From: Marsupella aquatica
Taxonomy: Eukaryota; Plantae; Marchantiophyta
Length of the DNA stretch: 64,000 bases
Reading direction: 5' to 3'
Assembly (NCBI GenBank): GCA_973895155.1
Contig: OZ316899.1
Span: forward strand, 12,899,934-12,963,933
Shown here piece by piece: positions 1-11,603 of the stretch. A model generated the notes under the pieces. The model ran no database searches. It was given only the letters and a program-made list of their open reading frames with translations, and was not told the DNA's origin. Position numbers and translations under genes: made by a program. Every line of letters begins with the position of its first letter. The stretch's first letter is position 1.

Positions 1-2405
1 GGACTACAACGGGTACCTCCTCACCCAATTGAAGAAGATCTTGAAGGAGGAACAACAGGCGATCGGTATGGGAAGCGTGTCCCGGCTTGGCTATCACATG
101 CCGCTGTTATGCCGGTATGCCCAAAGTCAGATCTTTGCCCCGGTACTTCCACTGCAAGCAAGGGCACCAAAGGAGGTTCCGGAATAGAGGCTGGCAACAG
201 AGAAACCAGACCAGCCCGACAGTCCTACAATCAAGCAGGTGTTTAGGCCGAGGATGAAGGACTTGCCGATGCAGCAACCAGTCATGCAGAATCTGCTGAA
301 ATTGCTGGAGAAGGAAAAGAGAACGGCAACGGCACAGGTACAGGACACTCCTTCAGAGGTCGGCCTAAGCCGACTCATGAAGGAAAACCCCTTTACCGGA
401 GGCAAGGAAAGAAGGAGGCCGGAACACGAGCCGGGGGTTCGTATGTATGTAGGAGCCTTGAGTCCTGTAGCCGAGGGAAGGCAACCTAAGGCTCTTGTTC
501 AGGGGAAATAGAGGGAGAAGACAACCTGGAAGCCAGAGGAGGAACTAGGACCTGCTAGCTATGATTGGCAGGAGGCAGTGTTCACGGCAAGACCAGGGGA
601 GCAGCGGGGGGAACCGGTAGTCCAAGCAGTGGAGGAGGCGGTGGAGGACTACGGCAATGATGACTCCGGCTACAGGTTGGACCATCATGTTCCAGGAATA
701 AGGACCTATGGCCGTTTCATCCCCACGCTTCCAAGAGTAGTTCGAGGGGACCTCACCCAACAGAACAGTCCCGAGTCCCCCCAGCCAGATGTCACTCCCC
801 GAGCTTTGACGGCATAAAATAGACGGCACAAGAGTTTCAATCAGGAGCGACTCAGGGAGGAAGAGAGGGCAGCCCTGGCTAGGGAGAAAGATTTACCAGG
901 GGGAGAATGGCCAGAGGACATCAGGCAGCTTGCAGAAAAATGAACCAGCCCTCCAGCCACGATAGAAGAAATCCGCAAGACGGCTTGGGAACAAAGGCCA
1001 CGGTGGTTGATGCCGATGACTTCTACTCACTCCACCTATGCTAAAGAAAGAGCCATGGAGTACGAGGAGATGTGTGGGGAACTTGCGCTTAGCATCTTTG
1101 GGGAGGAGTTGGAGCAGGGACCTTTTTTCCAGAGGGAGATGTTGGAAAAACACTGATTAGAAGAAGCGGTGGCTTTAGAGAGAAGAAAGAAAGACGAGGT
1201 CATCCATCGACTTAGGGCAAGGGAAGTCAAGGTGGAAGACCTGAAGGCGGCCAAGAAAGCCCAAGATGAGTTGCGGATTAAGCGGCATGAGCTAAACATC
1301 ATGCAGGGGCAATTGGATACCGCTCAGTCTGATAATCAGATTATCAAGGATAACTGACTCGGACCCAGGGGGAGTTGGCCGTTGCGGTCAAGGAAAGGGA
1401 GAAGTGGAAGCGGGAGCTGATGGACGCAGAGGAGGCCCACATAGCAGCCAACAATTGGGCCACTCAGAGAAGGGAAAGGGCGTTGAAGGGGGAACTCGAG
1501 GATATCCACGGAGCCCTTAAGCAGAAGGAGGCCGAGTTAGGGAAATCCTATCAAGGGATTATTGTGCTGCAGCAGGAGCTTGCATCCCTGACGGCCAGCT
1601 TCAAGGCCGACCTGCGTGAGAAAGACGACCAGCTCGATCAAACTTATGCCAAGATGAATAAAATGGAGTCTGAGGTCGTAGCAAAGCTCAACAAGGAGCT
1701 AAGAGCAACCCAGGAGGAGAGGGCTACCTTACAAAAGGAATTGGAGGAAGCCCAGAAGGAGCTGGAGGAGGCGCGCAAGGACCTGGATGAAGTGCAGGAG
1801 GAGTTGGAGGAAAGCACGAGGAAGATGGAGAACTTACAACGGTGAGCCGACAACCAAACAGAGCGGCTAAAGAAACAAGCCGCAGTATTTAAGTGCTTGG
1901 CTTCATCAAGTCCAATTGGGGCAACCAAGTTGCCAGGAGTAGTACTGGCCAAAGGACAAGCCGCGACACTTGCACCGGTGCCGAAGATAAGTGGCAAGGG
2001 GAACGGACCAGCTGCCAAAACAGGGAGAAGAAGAAGCGGAAACCTTATGGGTCAGGGAGTAATGCGGCTTCTCAAGCCGTCGTGATAGAGGAGGTACAAC
2101 TGGCGCCAACCTCAGGCAGGATCATGATAGATCCACCCCTAGAAGGCGAGGATGGTAAGGCCAAGGCCGGAACAATCAGTGATAAAGCCGGGGTATCGGA
2201 TCCTCTACTGGAGCATGTTGGGGAGGCCGTAGCCGTATTAGAGGCTGTGGCCGATGCTGAGACCGAAGCCGAGGGTGAACCCAATCAAGCCGATGGAGAG
2301 TTGACTCAGTCCGGGGCAGGTAATCTGTCAGAGGACGGACCTACGGCAGTGGCTACGGAAGAAGCGTTGGGGGCGTCCATTGAGGATCAGCCACCGCTAC
2401 CATGA
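1..2405 (+). pseudogene. Gypsy accessory ORF remnant (PMD-like C-terminal segment + long coiled coil), frameshifted and with stops
   Basis: Consecutive + strand ORF fragments (239-511, 1169-1357, 1375-1845, 1893-2405) with E/K/L heptad coiled-coil composition. The start of the window reads DYNGYLLTQLKKIL...RLGYHMPLLCRY, resembling the end of the PMD-like domain at 12011-14458. Ends just before a PPT and LTR. Confidence 0.5.
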
Positions 2406-2441
2406 CGGTGGTGGAGGGCCGCTCCTTTTAAGGAGGGCGGA

Positions 2442-3065
2442 TGTGGAGGGAGGAGGCGTGAGTGGGCAAGGTGGGCTCAGATCTCCAAGTTTAGAACTAG
2501 GATCAGGACTAGGAGGCGGCCCTGACACTTAGATTAGTGGGATTGCGGATCCACTGGTAAGAGCAACACTTGTGCTCCTGCCTCGCTGTACGTAGGTAGA
2601 TTACAGTTAGGTAGATTAGGCTTACGTTGCAAAGAATTAGGTGGATCCACTGCCAGGATAAGTACCTGGGCTGCGGGGAGTTCAGGGCCTTCTTCTTTAG
2701 CAAGTTTTTAGTGCACCGCCAGGGCTGGGATCAGGTAGTAAAAGAAGCTCTCGATTAGTTATACTATGACCCTTGTGTATATTCACGTTTCCTCATGCCT
2801 AAGAGATGAATAGAGTTGGCCTCACGGCTTAGTGCGCAGATCTTGTGTATGAGAAGTATTGTTTGTATGGCAAGTGCATGGTATAACTCAGTCAGAAGGA
2901 GTCATTTTGCTATTTGTGTGTTGCATTAACTTGTTTGAAGATTGCCCACATCAACCAAGAGAAGGGAGTAAGCAAGGTAGTAAGAGTTGGATGTGTCAAG
3001 CTAAGAGAGGTCTTAGCGGCTTACCCAAGCCCGTTGGGGATCATTCCGGTCGCGGGATCCAAACA
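2442..3065 (+). mobile_element. 3' LTR of a Gypsy element
   Basis: Purine tract TTTTAAGGAGGGCGGA (about 2426-2441) followed by TGTGGA...; ends ...GGATCCAAACA, after which unrelated gag/pol-like sequence begins. Confidence 0.6.
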
Positions 3066-4770
3066 TACCTAAAGGAAGACCAAGAGAGGAGACCAAGGGA
3101 AGACATAGAAGAGGCCGACTACATATCTCATGACCCGATGAAGGATCTGTCCAATATATGTGTGTAAAATGTTAGTAGAAGGAGGTTAGCAGCGTCCCAT
3201 GCCGCTAAGCCGCAAAACCGGTCTGGCCAAGGGCAAAACCTGCGGGAATCGGCTTGTGCAAGGGGGTTTCTTGGGTTTAGGGAGCCATGGGACGCACCAC
3301 AATGCCAAAGAGGATCAAGTCCCTTGGAGGGGAGTTGATGGACAATGAGTTCTTTGATGCGGAAGAGGAGCTCATGGACTTGGACGATGCGGAAGAGGAG
3401 CTCATGGGAACTGGAAGCGAAGTTGAGTCTATGGCAAACAGGGACCCGACTGAAGGGAAAGAGCGAGAAGGCATTACCGTGCAATCAAGGACCATTCATG
3501 TCATGGGCTCAATGAAAGGAAACGGTTATGCTTACCGAGATGGATACTGGGCTCGAGCAAGTCCAGAGAGCGAGTGCCAGTTGGAAGGAATGGAAGGCAA
3601 GGTGCGGGCGCTCATTGATTCTGGCTCAGAGATCAACTTGATGGATCCAAAGGTATTTCAAAAGAGGAATTGTCCGGTGGATAATGAGTTTCTTTGGAGT
3701 CGGTGAGGTCGATGAAGGACTATCTTTGGGGCGGATGTCCAAATGTGATGGTGAAGTTTGGGAATGTCAAGCAGGCTTGTAACATTTTTGTTCATGAGCA
3801 CTTGTCATTTTTGGTGATATTGGGCATGCCGTTCATCACTGAATGGAGGATGGACGATACTACCTTAATGGTGAAGGTTCAAGGCAAAGATGATAAGGAG
3901 GTGGTTCAGTTTCCGGCGGTTCTACCTGGAAATGAGAGGAACCAAAAGCAGCTGCGAGATCCAACAGCAGCAAAAGTTGGCATTGCTATGGGGGAGAACC
4001 GAGATGCTAAGATGGATCTAAGTGCAGAGTTCAAAGGGGAGCCAATTTTGGACCAAAAGATGGGGAGTCTAGTGTTCAAGGAAGAGTGTTACTCAGGAGA
4101 GCTACTGGACATTGGGAAGTATCAAAGTGACTTTGGGAAGCAGCTGAAATGGGATGGTGAAGAGTTCGAAGACATTCAAGTGAACTCTAATAAGTTCATT
4201 CTTAGAGAGGGCTACCTTTGGCGGAAACCTAAGGGCCCCATGCTAGTACTGATGAGAGTTGTTGATTCTAAGCATGAGCAAAAGCAAATTTTGGAGGAAG
4301 TCTGATGCTGAGGTCAAAGGTGGTTTGAAAGGAATAAGGGCAAAGGTCTGTGAGCAGATCCAAAAGGAGTATTGGTGGCCAGATTTGTATTGGGATGTTC
4401 AAGAGTATGTTGACAATCGAGGGATCCATCACAACTTGAAGAGGCAGATTCAAGAGCTTGATCGGATTGACTATCAAGTCATTGACATACGGGAGAGAGT
4501 GAAGGTTTGCAAGGTGCAAACTAGAGAGGGAATGAACTCAAGTTCCGACTTGAGTGAATTTGAAGAGGAGGCACTGGTCTAGGCGCATCCGTTGGACTTG
4601 AGTTTTGAAAGTGGCTTGACTGGTTCTGATTCGGATGAGTTGGACTTCGAGTTTCTAGAAAGTGGAGTGCCTAAGGCCGAGTCTGAAGGCTTTGGGTTTG
4701 AGTTTCTTGAGGAGGAAGTGGTCCAGGCGCATGGTTCGAGTTCGGACTCAGACTTAGAGGAAATTTGATG
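3066..4770 (+). pseudogene. Internally deleted Gypsy pol remnant (aspartic protease; integrase zinc-binding region)
   Basis: ALIDSGSEINLM and VILGMPF protease motifs (3287-4305); KEYWWPDLYWDVQEYV integrase N-terminal segment (4259-4582); no RT core. Confidence 0.75.
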
Positions 4771-4813
4771 GATTGGAGCAGACCGGAGGCTGCTCAGGTT
4801 TACTGGGGGAGGA

Positions 4814-5377
4814 TGTCATGCCAAAAGATTTCGGCTCAGGAATGGCTTTTATAGGGAATGATGGGCGAGGCCTCCCGGTTGGGTTGCATGCATGCTGACT
4901 TGGAGGGGCTGCTTGGTTGGATGGATTGAAGTTTGGTGATTGGGTGACTCGTTGTCACCAGGTTTGGTGTTTGGGTTAGTCACCAGGCTTGGAGTTTGGA
5001 TGAGCCTCGCTGATGGCAGCTGGCTCAGGCTGGATGGTTGGGTTTCCAATGCTACTTAAGACTTGAGCCTCAGCTCATTGAGGTTGGCGGTTGTCTATTG
5101 AGATCTGTTGAGTTTTGTTCTGTGAGTTTTGCTCCGTTCTGCGGAACTTGACTATTGTGCGGTGGTTTTGGAGTGTGCAAGTCTTGGATCCAGGTGTGGA
5201 GTTTTCGATCCAGGCGGGGATTTCTAAAGTTTGGAGCCTCGTTGGTCCAGGCCCAAGTTTTGTGTGAGCTATTTTGACTAGTTGAGTAGCTAGTCAAGTT
5301 TTGGTTTTGTGAGCTAAGGAGGAGAGTTTTTCCGTCAGATTTCAAGTAGATAGTCACGCGAGGAGTTCAGCTTGACA
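4814..5377 (+). mobile_element. 3' LTR of the deleted Gypsy element
   Basis: PPT ACTGGGGGAGGA immediately upstream; terminal inverted repeat TGTCA...TGACA. Confidence 0.75.
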
Positions 5378-5914
5378 AGTTAGAGGTAGCGGCCCGCCGT
5401 AGGGCCAGCTACCAGACTCTTGCAAGCAAGCTTACTCGAGGGCACCCATTGTAACCTTTGTGAGAAAAGTAAAAAAAATAAAGGAGTGAGAGTTCGCTCC
5501 GAAAAGTGCTTGTCGCCTGTCCCGGTTGCAGCCAGAAATGCGTAATTTACCCAAGGAGCCCCTAACTTTAAGTCCTGGCAACAACGTATTGAGGAATTTA
5601 GGGAGAATTTTTTTACCAGCGCCTGGCGCTAGTACCAACTTGTATTCAAATCCTCTCATTGGGTCCTTATAAATTAATGTCTCATTACTTGTGTTTTTTA
5701 CAAGCGCCGGGCGCTCGCCAAATGGTGATTCATAAAGCGAATATTTCCAGCTCTTATTTGTCTAACACGGCCGTTTGGTCTTTGTCGTGTCCTACCAACG
5801 GTCATCATAATGAGACAAATAGTAGGCAATACATAGTATAATATACGTTTTGGATACCAATGGCCATTTCATTTAGGTCCGTTAGTTTGCCAAGGAAACC
5901 CACATGGACTGTAT

Positions 5915-6240
5915 TCGGATGACATTTTTGGATCTCTAGGATGACATTTTCGGATCTCTTGTTGACAACATTTTTGGATGACATTTTTGGATCTCTTGTT
6001 GACGACAGTTTTCAAGGACGACACTTGTCGCGGACGACAAGTTTTGGGACCGACGACCATTTTCTCTGATGACACTTTTTGCGCACTTCAATTCTCGCGG
6101 TGGACAGTTTTTGGGCCCACGACCATTTGCGGACGTTTTGCAAAAGATACAGTTTGGGCGTTTCACGGAAGACATTTTTTGCGGACGACATCTTTTGGAC
6201 CCACGACTGTTTGCGGACCTTTTGCGGGCAGTTTTTTCAG
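5915..6240. repeat. Degenerate short tandem repeats (GACATTTTTGGATCTCT / GACAGTTTT-like) in an unclassified TE-like segment
   Basis: Repeated GAC(A/G)N(T)n units at about 20-40 bp spacing. Confidence 0.55.
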
Positions 6241-7359
6241 AGGGGAAGTTGACACTTGATTGGGCTCTATTCAACATGGAGAGAAACGGTGAGCTCATGG
6301 ATTGGGAGGCAATGTTCCTCCCTTCTTGTGTGTGTCCGGAAGAGAGCCATTTCAGTTCTTTTGAGTCACGGATGGAGACTGAAGAGACTGAAACCTCTAC
6401 TTTCCGGAACCGTCATGCTCTACCGTATGATGAGGCTATTAGTCCTGGAGAAAAGAACATCCCGTGGATCGTTGATTCTCCTCCGCTCCCATTTGCAAGC
6501 AGGTTCTTGTCTCATCAGGCTGTTCCTGTTGATGGTGTATTGCCAATCGATAGGAGAGCTCAAGAAATGTTTGCACAAGTTGACTTTAAGGACAGTAATA
6601 TTCCCAATGAAGGTTTTACGAGGGCAGTGCGTCGGGGTCCTTATGAGAGATACATTTGATTGCGTGGTCTTGGATACAAGAAAATTGGAGGAGAGAAGCG
6701 ACAGGAGTGGAGGATGATTGCAACTCTGAAAGCTAGATGCAATCACTTATTTGTTGTTCCTCCGGTTTTTCACAAAGAACGACATCACATTGTTCACTTT
6801 GGTGATCACTTTAAGCTAGCGCCGAGCGCTGCTTAAGCTCTTTCGATGTTTTGGGATGGAGTCATCCTCGGCTTAGTTGTTAGGGTTTTTCCCGGTTGTT
6901 GTCTTCAGGAATTCCATAGTTTTTCTTGCAGTTGTTGGCTAGCACCAAGCGCTACTTTTGTTTGACTGGCAATCCTCAGCCGGGGTTGACCGTGGCTTTT
7001 GTATATTGGATTTCTAGGCCTACAGGTTTGAACTTATAAGTGCGTTTTTAGGACCTGCGCCGAATGCGTTTTGTACTTTGCGATTATATATGACAGTTTT
7101 ATTTCCCCCTGCGCATTTTGACATATATTGGTCCCGGATTTTGTTTATCTCAATTGTGAGACGGTTTTATTTGTTGTAAAATACATGATTCCATTTAGTC
7201 CAATTTCCTTTCACGCGGATCGTCTTGATTTCTATACCAGTAGTTTGAAACGCATCTTTTGTCTCCTTTTTTCCTGATCACTGTTCACTGCTAGCCAAAC
7301 ACTGTTCATTGGTAACAGTTTCTTTTAGTTGATAACAGTAACTGTTATTTGTTTGTTGT

Positions 7360-8360
7360 CGTTTGTAAATTCCCCATCCCATGGTAGTAACTCCATCTTA
7401 ACAATCGTGGATTGTTTTTTCAAGATGACATATTTCTTGCCGACTACAAAATTGGTTTTGGCTTGAGAGATTGTCGGTCTAGTGTTTGACAATATCTTTT
7501 GACAATGGGGTTTGCCATTGCGTATCCTATCCAACCATGATACCAAGTTCATGGGCCATTTTTGGAAGGCGTTGTTCCGATTATTCAGAATGGACCTTAC
7601 TAGGGGATCAGAGTATCATCATGAGACTGATGGCCAAACGGAATGGGTGAATGGTATTGTGGAGGACTACTTGCGTCACTTTGTGATGGCCAATCAAAAG
7701 GGTTGGGCAAAGCACTTAACAATGGTCGAGTTTAGGTATAACTCAACCAAGCATTCGGCAACGGGGTTTGCGCCGATTGTGTTGGCCACAGGGAGGAAGC
7801 CAAGGGTGCCCTCCTAGTTCATAAATCCGGAAGCTTGGTGGACGAAAAGCAAGGTTCCTTCTGTAGACAATTTTATTTGAGAGTGGCGCCTAGTTGTGGA
7901 AGCCGCTACCAAGGGTATGACCCTTGCCCAAAGTTGATACAAGGAGCAAGGGGATAAACATCAACGCCAGGTAAGCTTTGAAATTGGGGAGAGCGTCTGG
8001 TTGCAGTTTGAGACCTGAGCAATACCACGGGAACATAAGTAGGAAGCTGGCTCCCATATATGCGGGGCCCTATCGCATCATACGATGGGCCCACAAGGAT
8101 AATCCGGTTTTGGTGGTGTTGGAGACACCCAAGGAAATGGGCGTGGGCAAATGCTACCATGTCAGCCAGCTCAAGAAATTTGTCAAAGACAATGATCCCA
8201 ACCGGGATCAAGTCTTGCGTCCGGACACCATGCTGGTGGAGGACGCTGAGGAATTTGAGGTGGACGCAATTCTGGACCACCGTTACAAATACAAGTTGGG
8301 AAGACACATCTTAGAGTATTTGGTGAAGTGGGCTGGCTATGATCAGGCTGAGAGCACTTG
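7360..8360 (+). pseudogene. Chromovirus (Gypsy) integrase core, GPY/F motif and N-terminal part of the chromodomain
   Basis: SILTIVDCF, GLPLRILSNHDTKF, HHETDGQTEWVN, KLAPIYAGPY, EFEVDAILDHR...YLVKWAGYDQAESTW; several in-frame stops; interrupted at 8360 by the MULE. Confidence 0.9.
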
Positions 8361-8405
8361 GAGGGGAGGTAATCCATAAGTTATTAGTCACTGATATCAG
8401 TGGCC
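8361..8405 (+). repeat. Left TIR of the MULE
   Basis: Imperfect inverted match to 33467-33511, directly adjacent to the TSD. Confidence 0.85.
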
Positions 8406-8419
8406 CCCCTTTTTTTTCT

Positions 8420-8765
8420 AATCTCGGAGATCTCTTCGAGATGGCGACAATTTTTTTTGGCAATCTCGGAGAGGCTCTCCGAGATCCCTACCATTTTTTT
8501 TGGCAATCTTGGAGACCTCTCTGAGATGGCAACAATTGTTTTTGGCAATCTCGGAGAGGCTCTCCAAGATCCCTACCATTTTTATGACAATCTCGGAGAG
8601 GCTCTCCGAGATCCCAACACCCTTCCAGGAGTATGTTGGAGATATGGTAGTTTGTTTGCTCACCATGTCAGAGAGCCTCTCCGAGATACCAACTCACTTT
8701 GCAAACCATCTTCGACTTTCCCATTCCACTTCTAAGACCATCTCAAAGAGCCTCTCCAAGATACA
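8420..8765. repeat. Left subterminal array of the palindrome ATCTCGGAGAG(G/C)CTCTCCGAGAT
   Basis: About 8-9 variably decayed copies at about 42-45 bp period. Confidence 0.9.
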
Positions 8766-8885
8766 AATACAAAAAATTTGCAAGTGATACACATCACATT
8801 CACTTTTCATATATATTATAATGTGTACACAACAACACTTCATCATTGCTACCTTCTCTAAAGCTAACCCATGTTGGCCACTACT

Positions 8886-9966
8886 TTAGTCTATTATCTG
8901 ATATGTGCTCAGGTCATAAATAATCTTCTTTCGCAAGTTTCCTACCTGGCTGCCATCAAAATCCATAGGAGCATCTCGACTTATGCGCTCTGCATAGTTA
9001 AGGATAAATACCCCACAATTTACACTATCTTCTTGTGATGGAAGGCCTGACACTAAAGTTCTAGGCCAGTTGTATGCATCTGGTGACTTGCTTCATCCTT
9101 GATATACCTTGTTAGAGTATACATGAGATACTCATTTCGAGCCTCCCAAAAGTTTCCTGATTTCTCCCAAAGCGAATCTAGGAACAACACCTCATTTCCA
9201 GTTAAATCAATCACTGCCAACACCCAATGCTCCCTGTTTGCCTGGTGGATAGGGACCAATATCCTGTCATAATCAAATATATTTTCTGTTTTGGTCCATC
9301 AAGCAACATTGGCAAAACAATATACGGGCGTTGAGAGCAACGTGTAGAATACTGTGATGAAAAATGCACACTGTGGATAGCCTCTTGATCTCCCCCTAAA
9401 CTGCAACAAGGCCAAGTATGCATCAATGATATCTGAATGTAGCCATTGAGCTGTTGTTCTTCCTTCAGACAAGCATCTCATTGACGCCCTGGTCAACTTG
9501 TAATCTACAAAGTTGAACAATACTTCCTCGTCTGGGAGCTCTGTGGATACTATGTCAAAAAAGTCTTGAGAGCAGACTACTTCAGCAAATAACCCAGGTA
9601 TCCGGGTATTCCCACCACGTGCTGCATAGGATTGAACAGCATGGCATTAGGCATCATCTTGATCTGAGCTATAGGTCACAAAAGAAGGGTGAGCTATCTT
9701 GTCACTATCATTGCTGACACTCTCACTTTCATTGTAGTCTACCTCTATTGCTCTATCATCTACAAATCTAGATTTTTGCCTCTTTGTGTACTTCTCAGCT
9801 ACACCCTTGAGCCGTTTGAAGGGGCGTGAATCAACAATCCCTTCTGCGTAAGTTGGAAGGCAAAATCTTTCTGGAGAGAAAGTTTTCGATGCTTCCTCCC
9901 ATGCTTCACGGACTTTGTCCTTGTCCGATGTGTGCCATTGTTTGGACTTGATGTTCCTGTAGTGAA
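8886..9966 (-). pseudogene. Cargo gene last exon: linker + Ulp1/SENP (Peptidase_C48) SUMO-protease domain
   Basis: WLHSDIIDAYL, FF..FY..L, VPIH...EHWVLAVID...FLDSL, PSQEDSVNCGVFIL (catalytic H, D, C and oxyanion Q present). Acceptor CAG at 9969-9967; premature stops near 9647 and 9299; one frameshift near 9050. Confidence 0.85.
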
Positions 9967-10106
9967 CTGCCTATTGGTTAAGTAGACAGTTTAAGGTAAT
10001 ACCATAATAATGTGGAACTTCACATTTTTATTGATCCTCACCATGGCACCATGTAAATTGCAAACTACCTACAACAAATGGGTTCTTGGATTCAACGTTT
10101 ACTCAC

Positions 10107-10614
10107 AATCCTGAGCATCCCCACCCTTGCCTTCTGCGGCATCCTCCTCTGAATCAGACTCAAGGACCAGCTTCTTCCGCCCTTCAGGCTTCTTAGTCTC
10201 CTTGGCCTCCTCCTTCTTACTCTCCTCGCCCTCCGTCTTGGTCTGATTGCCCTGCTGCGTTGAAAGGAGTTTTGACACCACTGAAGCTGCTGACTCACCA
10301 AAGTAGTCATGCGCTTCCATCCCAAATACTAGTCGCCCACAATTATTGGCAGCTTTGTAGATAGCACCAAAGTGGACATTCCAAGAAAATATGATATCGT
10401 CGGGACTGGTGATGTGCTCTATGATGCATTGCAAGGTTGCAGGCAATAACGTACCGGCTAATTTGTCTCTCACTGCATCATCTTCCTTTGTAAAATTGGA
10501 TAGAGCATTGCTCTTTGCTGGGCACAAGTCACCAGTAATTGGCTTCATATGTACCTTTGGGAGGGTCACCTCTGTACCCTTCATGGTGAATATATCCAAA
10601 TGCAGATATTGAGC
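10107..10614 (-). pseudogene. Cargo gene exon: C-terminal half of N4/N6 DNA-methyltransferase-like fold + acidic tail
   Basis: LQCIIEHITSPDDIIFSWNVHFGAIYKAANNCGRLVFGME parallels the beta-class MTase pattern LERLI..SS.PGD.VLDPFAGSGTT..AA...GR.FIGIE, with a degenerate FxGxG. Phase-compatible CAG acceptor (10617-10615) and GTGAGT donor (10106-10101). Confidence 0.6.
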
Positions 10615-11138
10615 CTGTCACATCATGCAAAATAGATTTGCACTTGTTAGCAACACTAATTAACTTATCCGAATCGGTCCTACCTATCTCAGAGAGGCTC
10701 TCCGTGATTCCAAGTACCTATCTCAGAGAGGCTCTCCAATATGGATCCTACCTATCTTAGAGAGGCTCTCCAAGATCCAAGCTACTTATCTCAGAGAGGC
10801 TCTCTGAGATCCAAGCTACCTATCTCAGAGAGGCTCTCCAAGATCCAAGCTACCTATCTCAGAGAGGCTCTTCGAGATGGATCCTATTTGAGAGAGGTTC
10901 TCCTACCTATCTCAGAGAGCCTCTCCGAGATCCATGGTACCTATCTCAGAGAGGCTCTCCAAGATGGATCAGGCTCTTTGAGATTGATCCTACCTATCTT
11001 GGAGAGCCTCTCCGAGATCAATCTTACCCATATGGGAGAGGGTGTCCGAGATCGTAATTGCGGACACATTTTTCAACTATCTCGGAGAGCCTCTCCGAGA
11101 TGACTTCTATTGAAATGCCAAAATTGAAGTGAACTTAC
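10615..11138 (-). repeat. Intron filled with palindrome array
   Basis: GTAAG donor at 11138, CAG acceptor at 10617-10615; about 12-13 palindrome copies with TACCT/GATCCAAGC spacers. Confidence 0.85.
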
Positions 11139-11598
11139 AGCTTTTTTGCTTGACGCCATGTAGCAAGGTGTGTCATTCCAAATGGTGAATGAGTCAATGT
11201 GATCCAAATTCTCAGCCCAGTCAATGTGAAGGTACTCAAAGATTGAGTTTGTGTGGGCAAATGAACCACTATGCACGATGCACAGGAAACCGTCATTTGT
11301 GAGTAGAGAGTCTACCAATGTCGTCGCCACTTCTAGGTCACTGAGCCGAAATCTATTCCACATCGGAACATTATTTTCAGCGTGCGCTCTGCGATAATTT
11401 GTCCCTAGTTGAACAAAGATCATATCACAACCATGGCCCTTAGGTACACCATCAACTATCCAACCTTGTTTTTGCAAGCCAGCCAACTTCAATTTCTTAC
11501 ACAGTCCCGGAATTCCCTCATGAATGGAGGGAGAGGCAACTTTCCTGTGGTTGGCTGGTATTTGTCCTTCAGCCAAGAAGAACACTCTAGTAAGGTCA
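11139..11598 (-). pseudogene. Cargo gene exon, 3' part: N-terminal half of the MTase-like fold
   Basis: CDMIFVQLGTNY at the position of D-L-I-x-x-DPPY and LLTNDGFLCIVHS (motif VI-like). Continues from 15442-15909 across the solo-LTR insertion, with one frameshift. Confidence 0.55.
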
Positions 11599-11603
11599 TA
11601 TGC

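Noticed and set aside
6069-6717. Overlapping 196-aa and 153-aa ORFs
   Set aside because: No recognisable domain; the N-terminal part derives from tandem repeats.
8339-8787. Short ORFs with ISERLS/LGEALRD/SRRASPR repeats (also at 10741, 17294-18023, 20277, 28164-28727 and 32853-33398)
   Set aside because: Translation artefacts of the palindrome arrays; they appear on both strands and lie in introns or subtermini.
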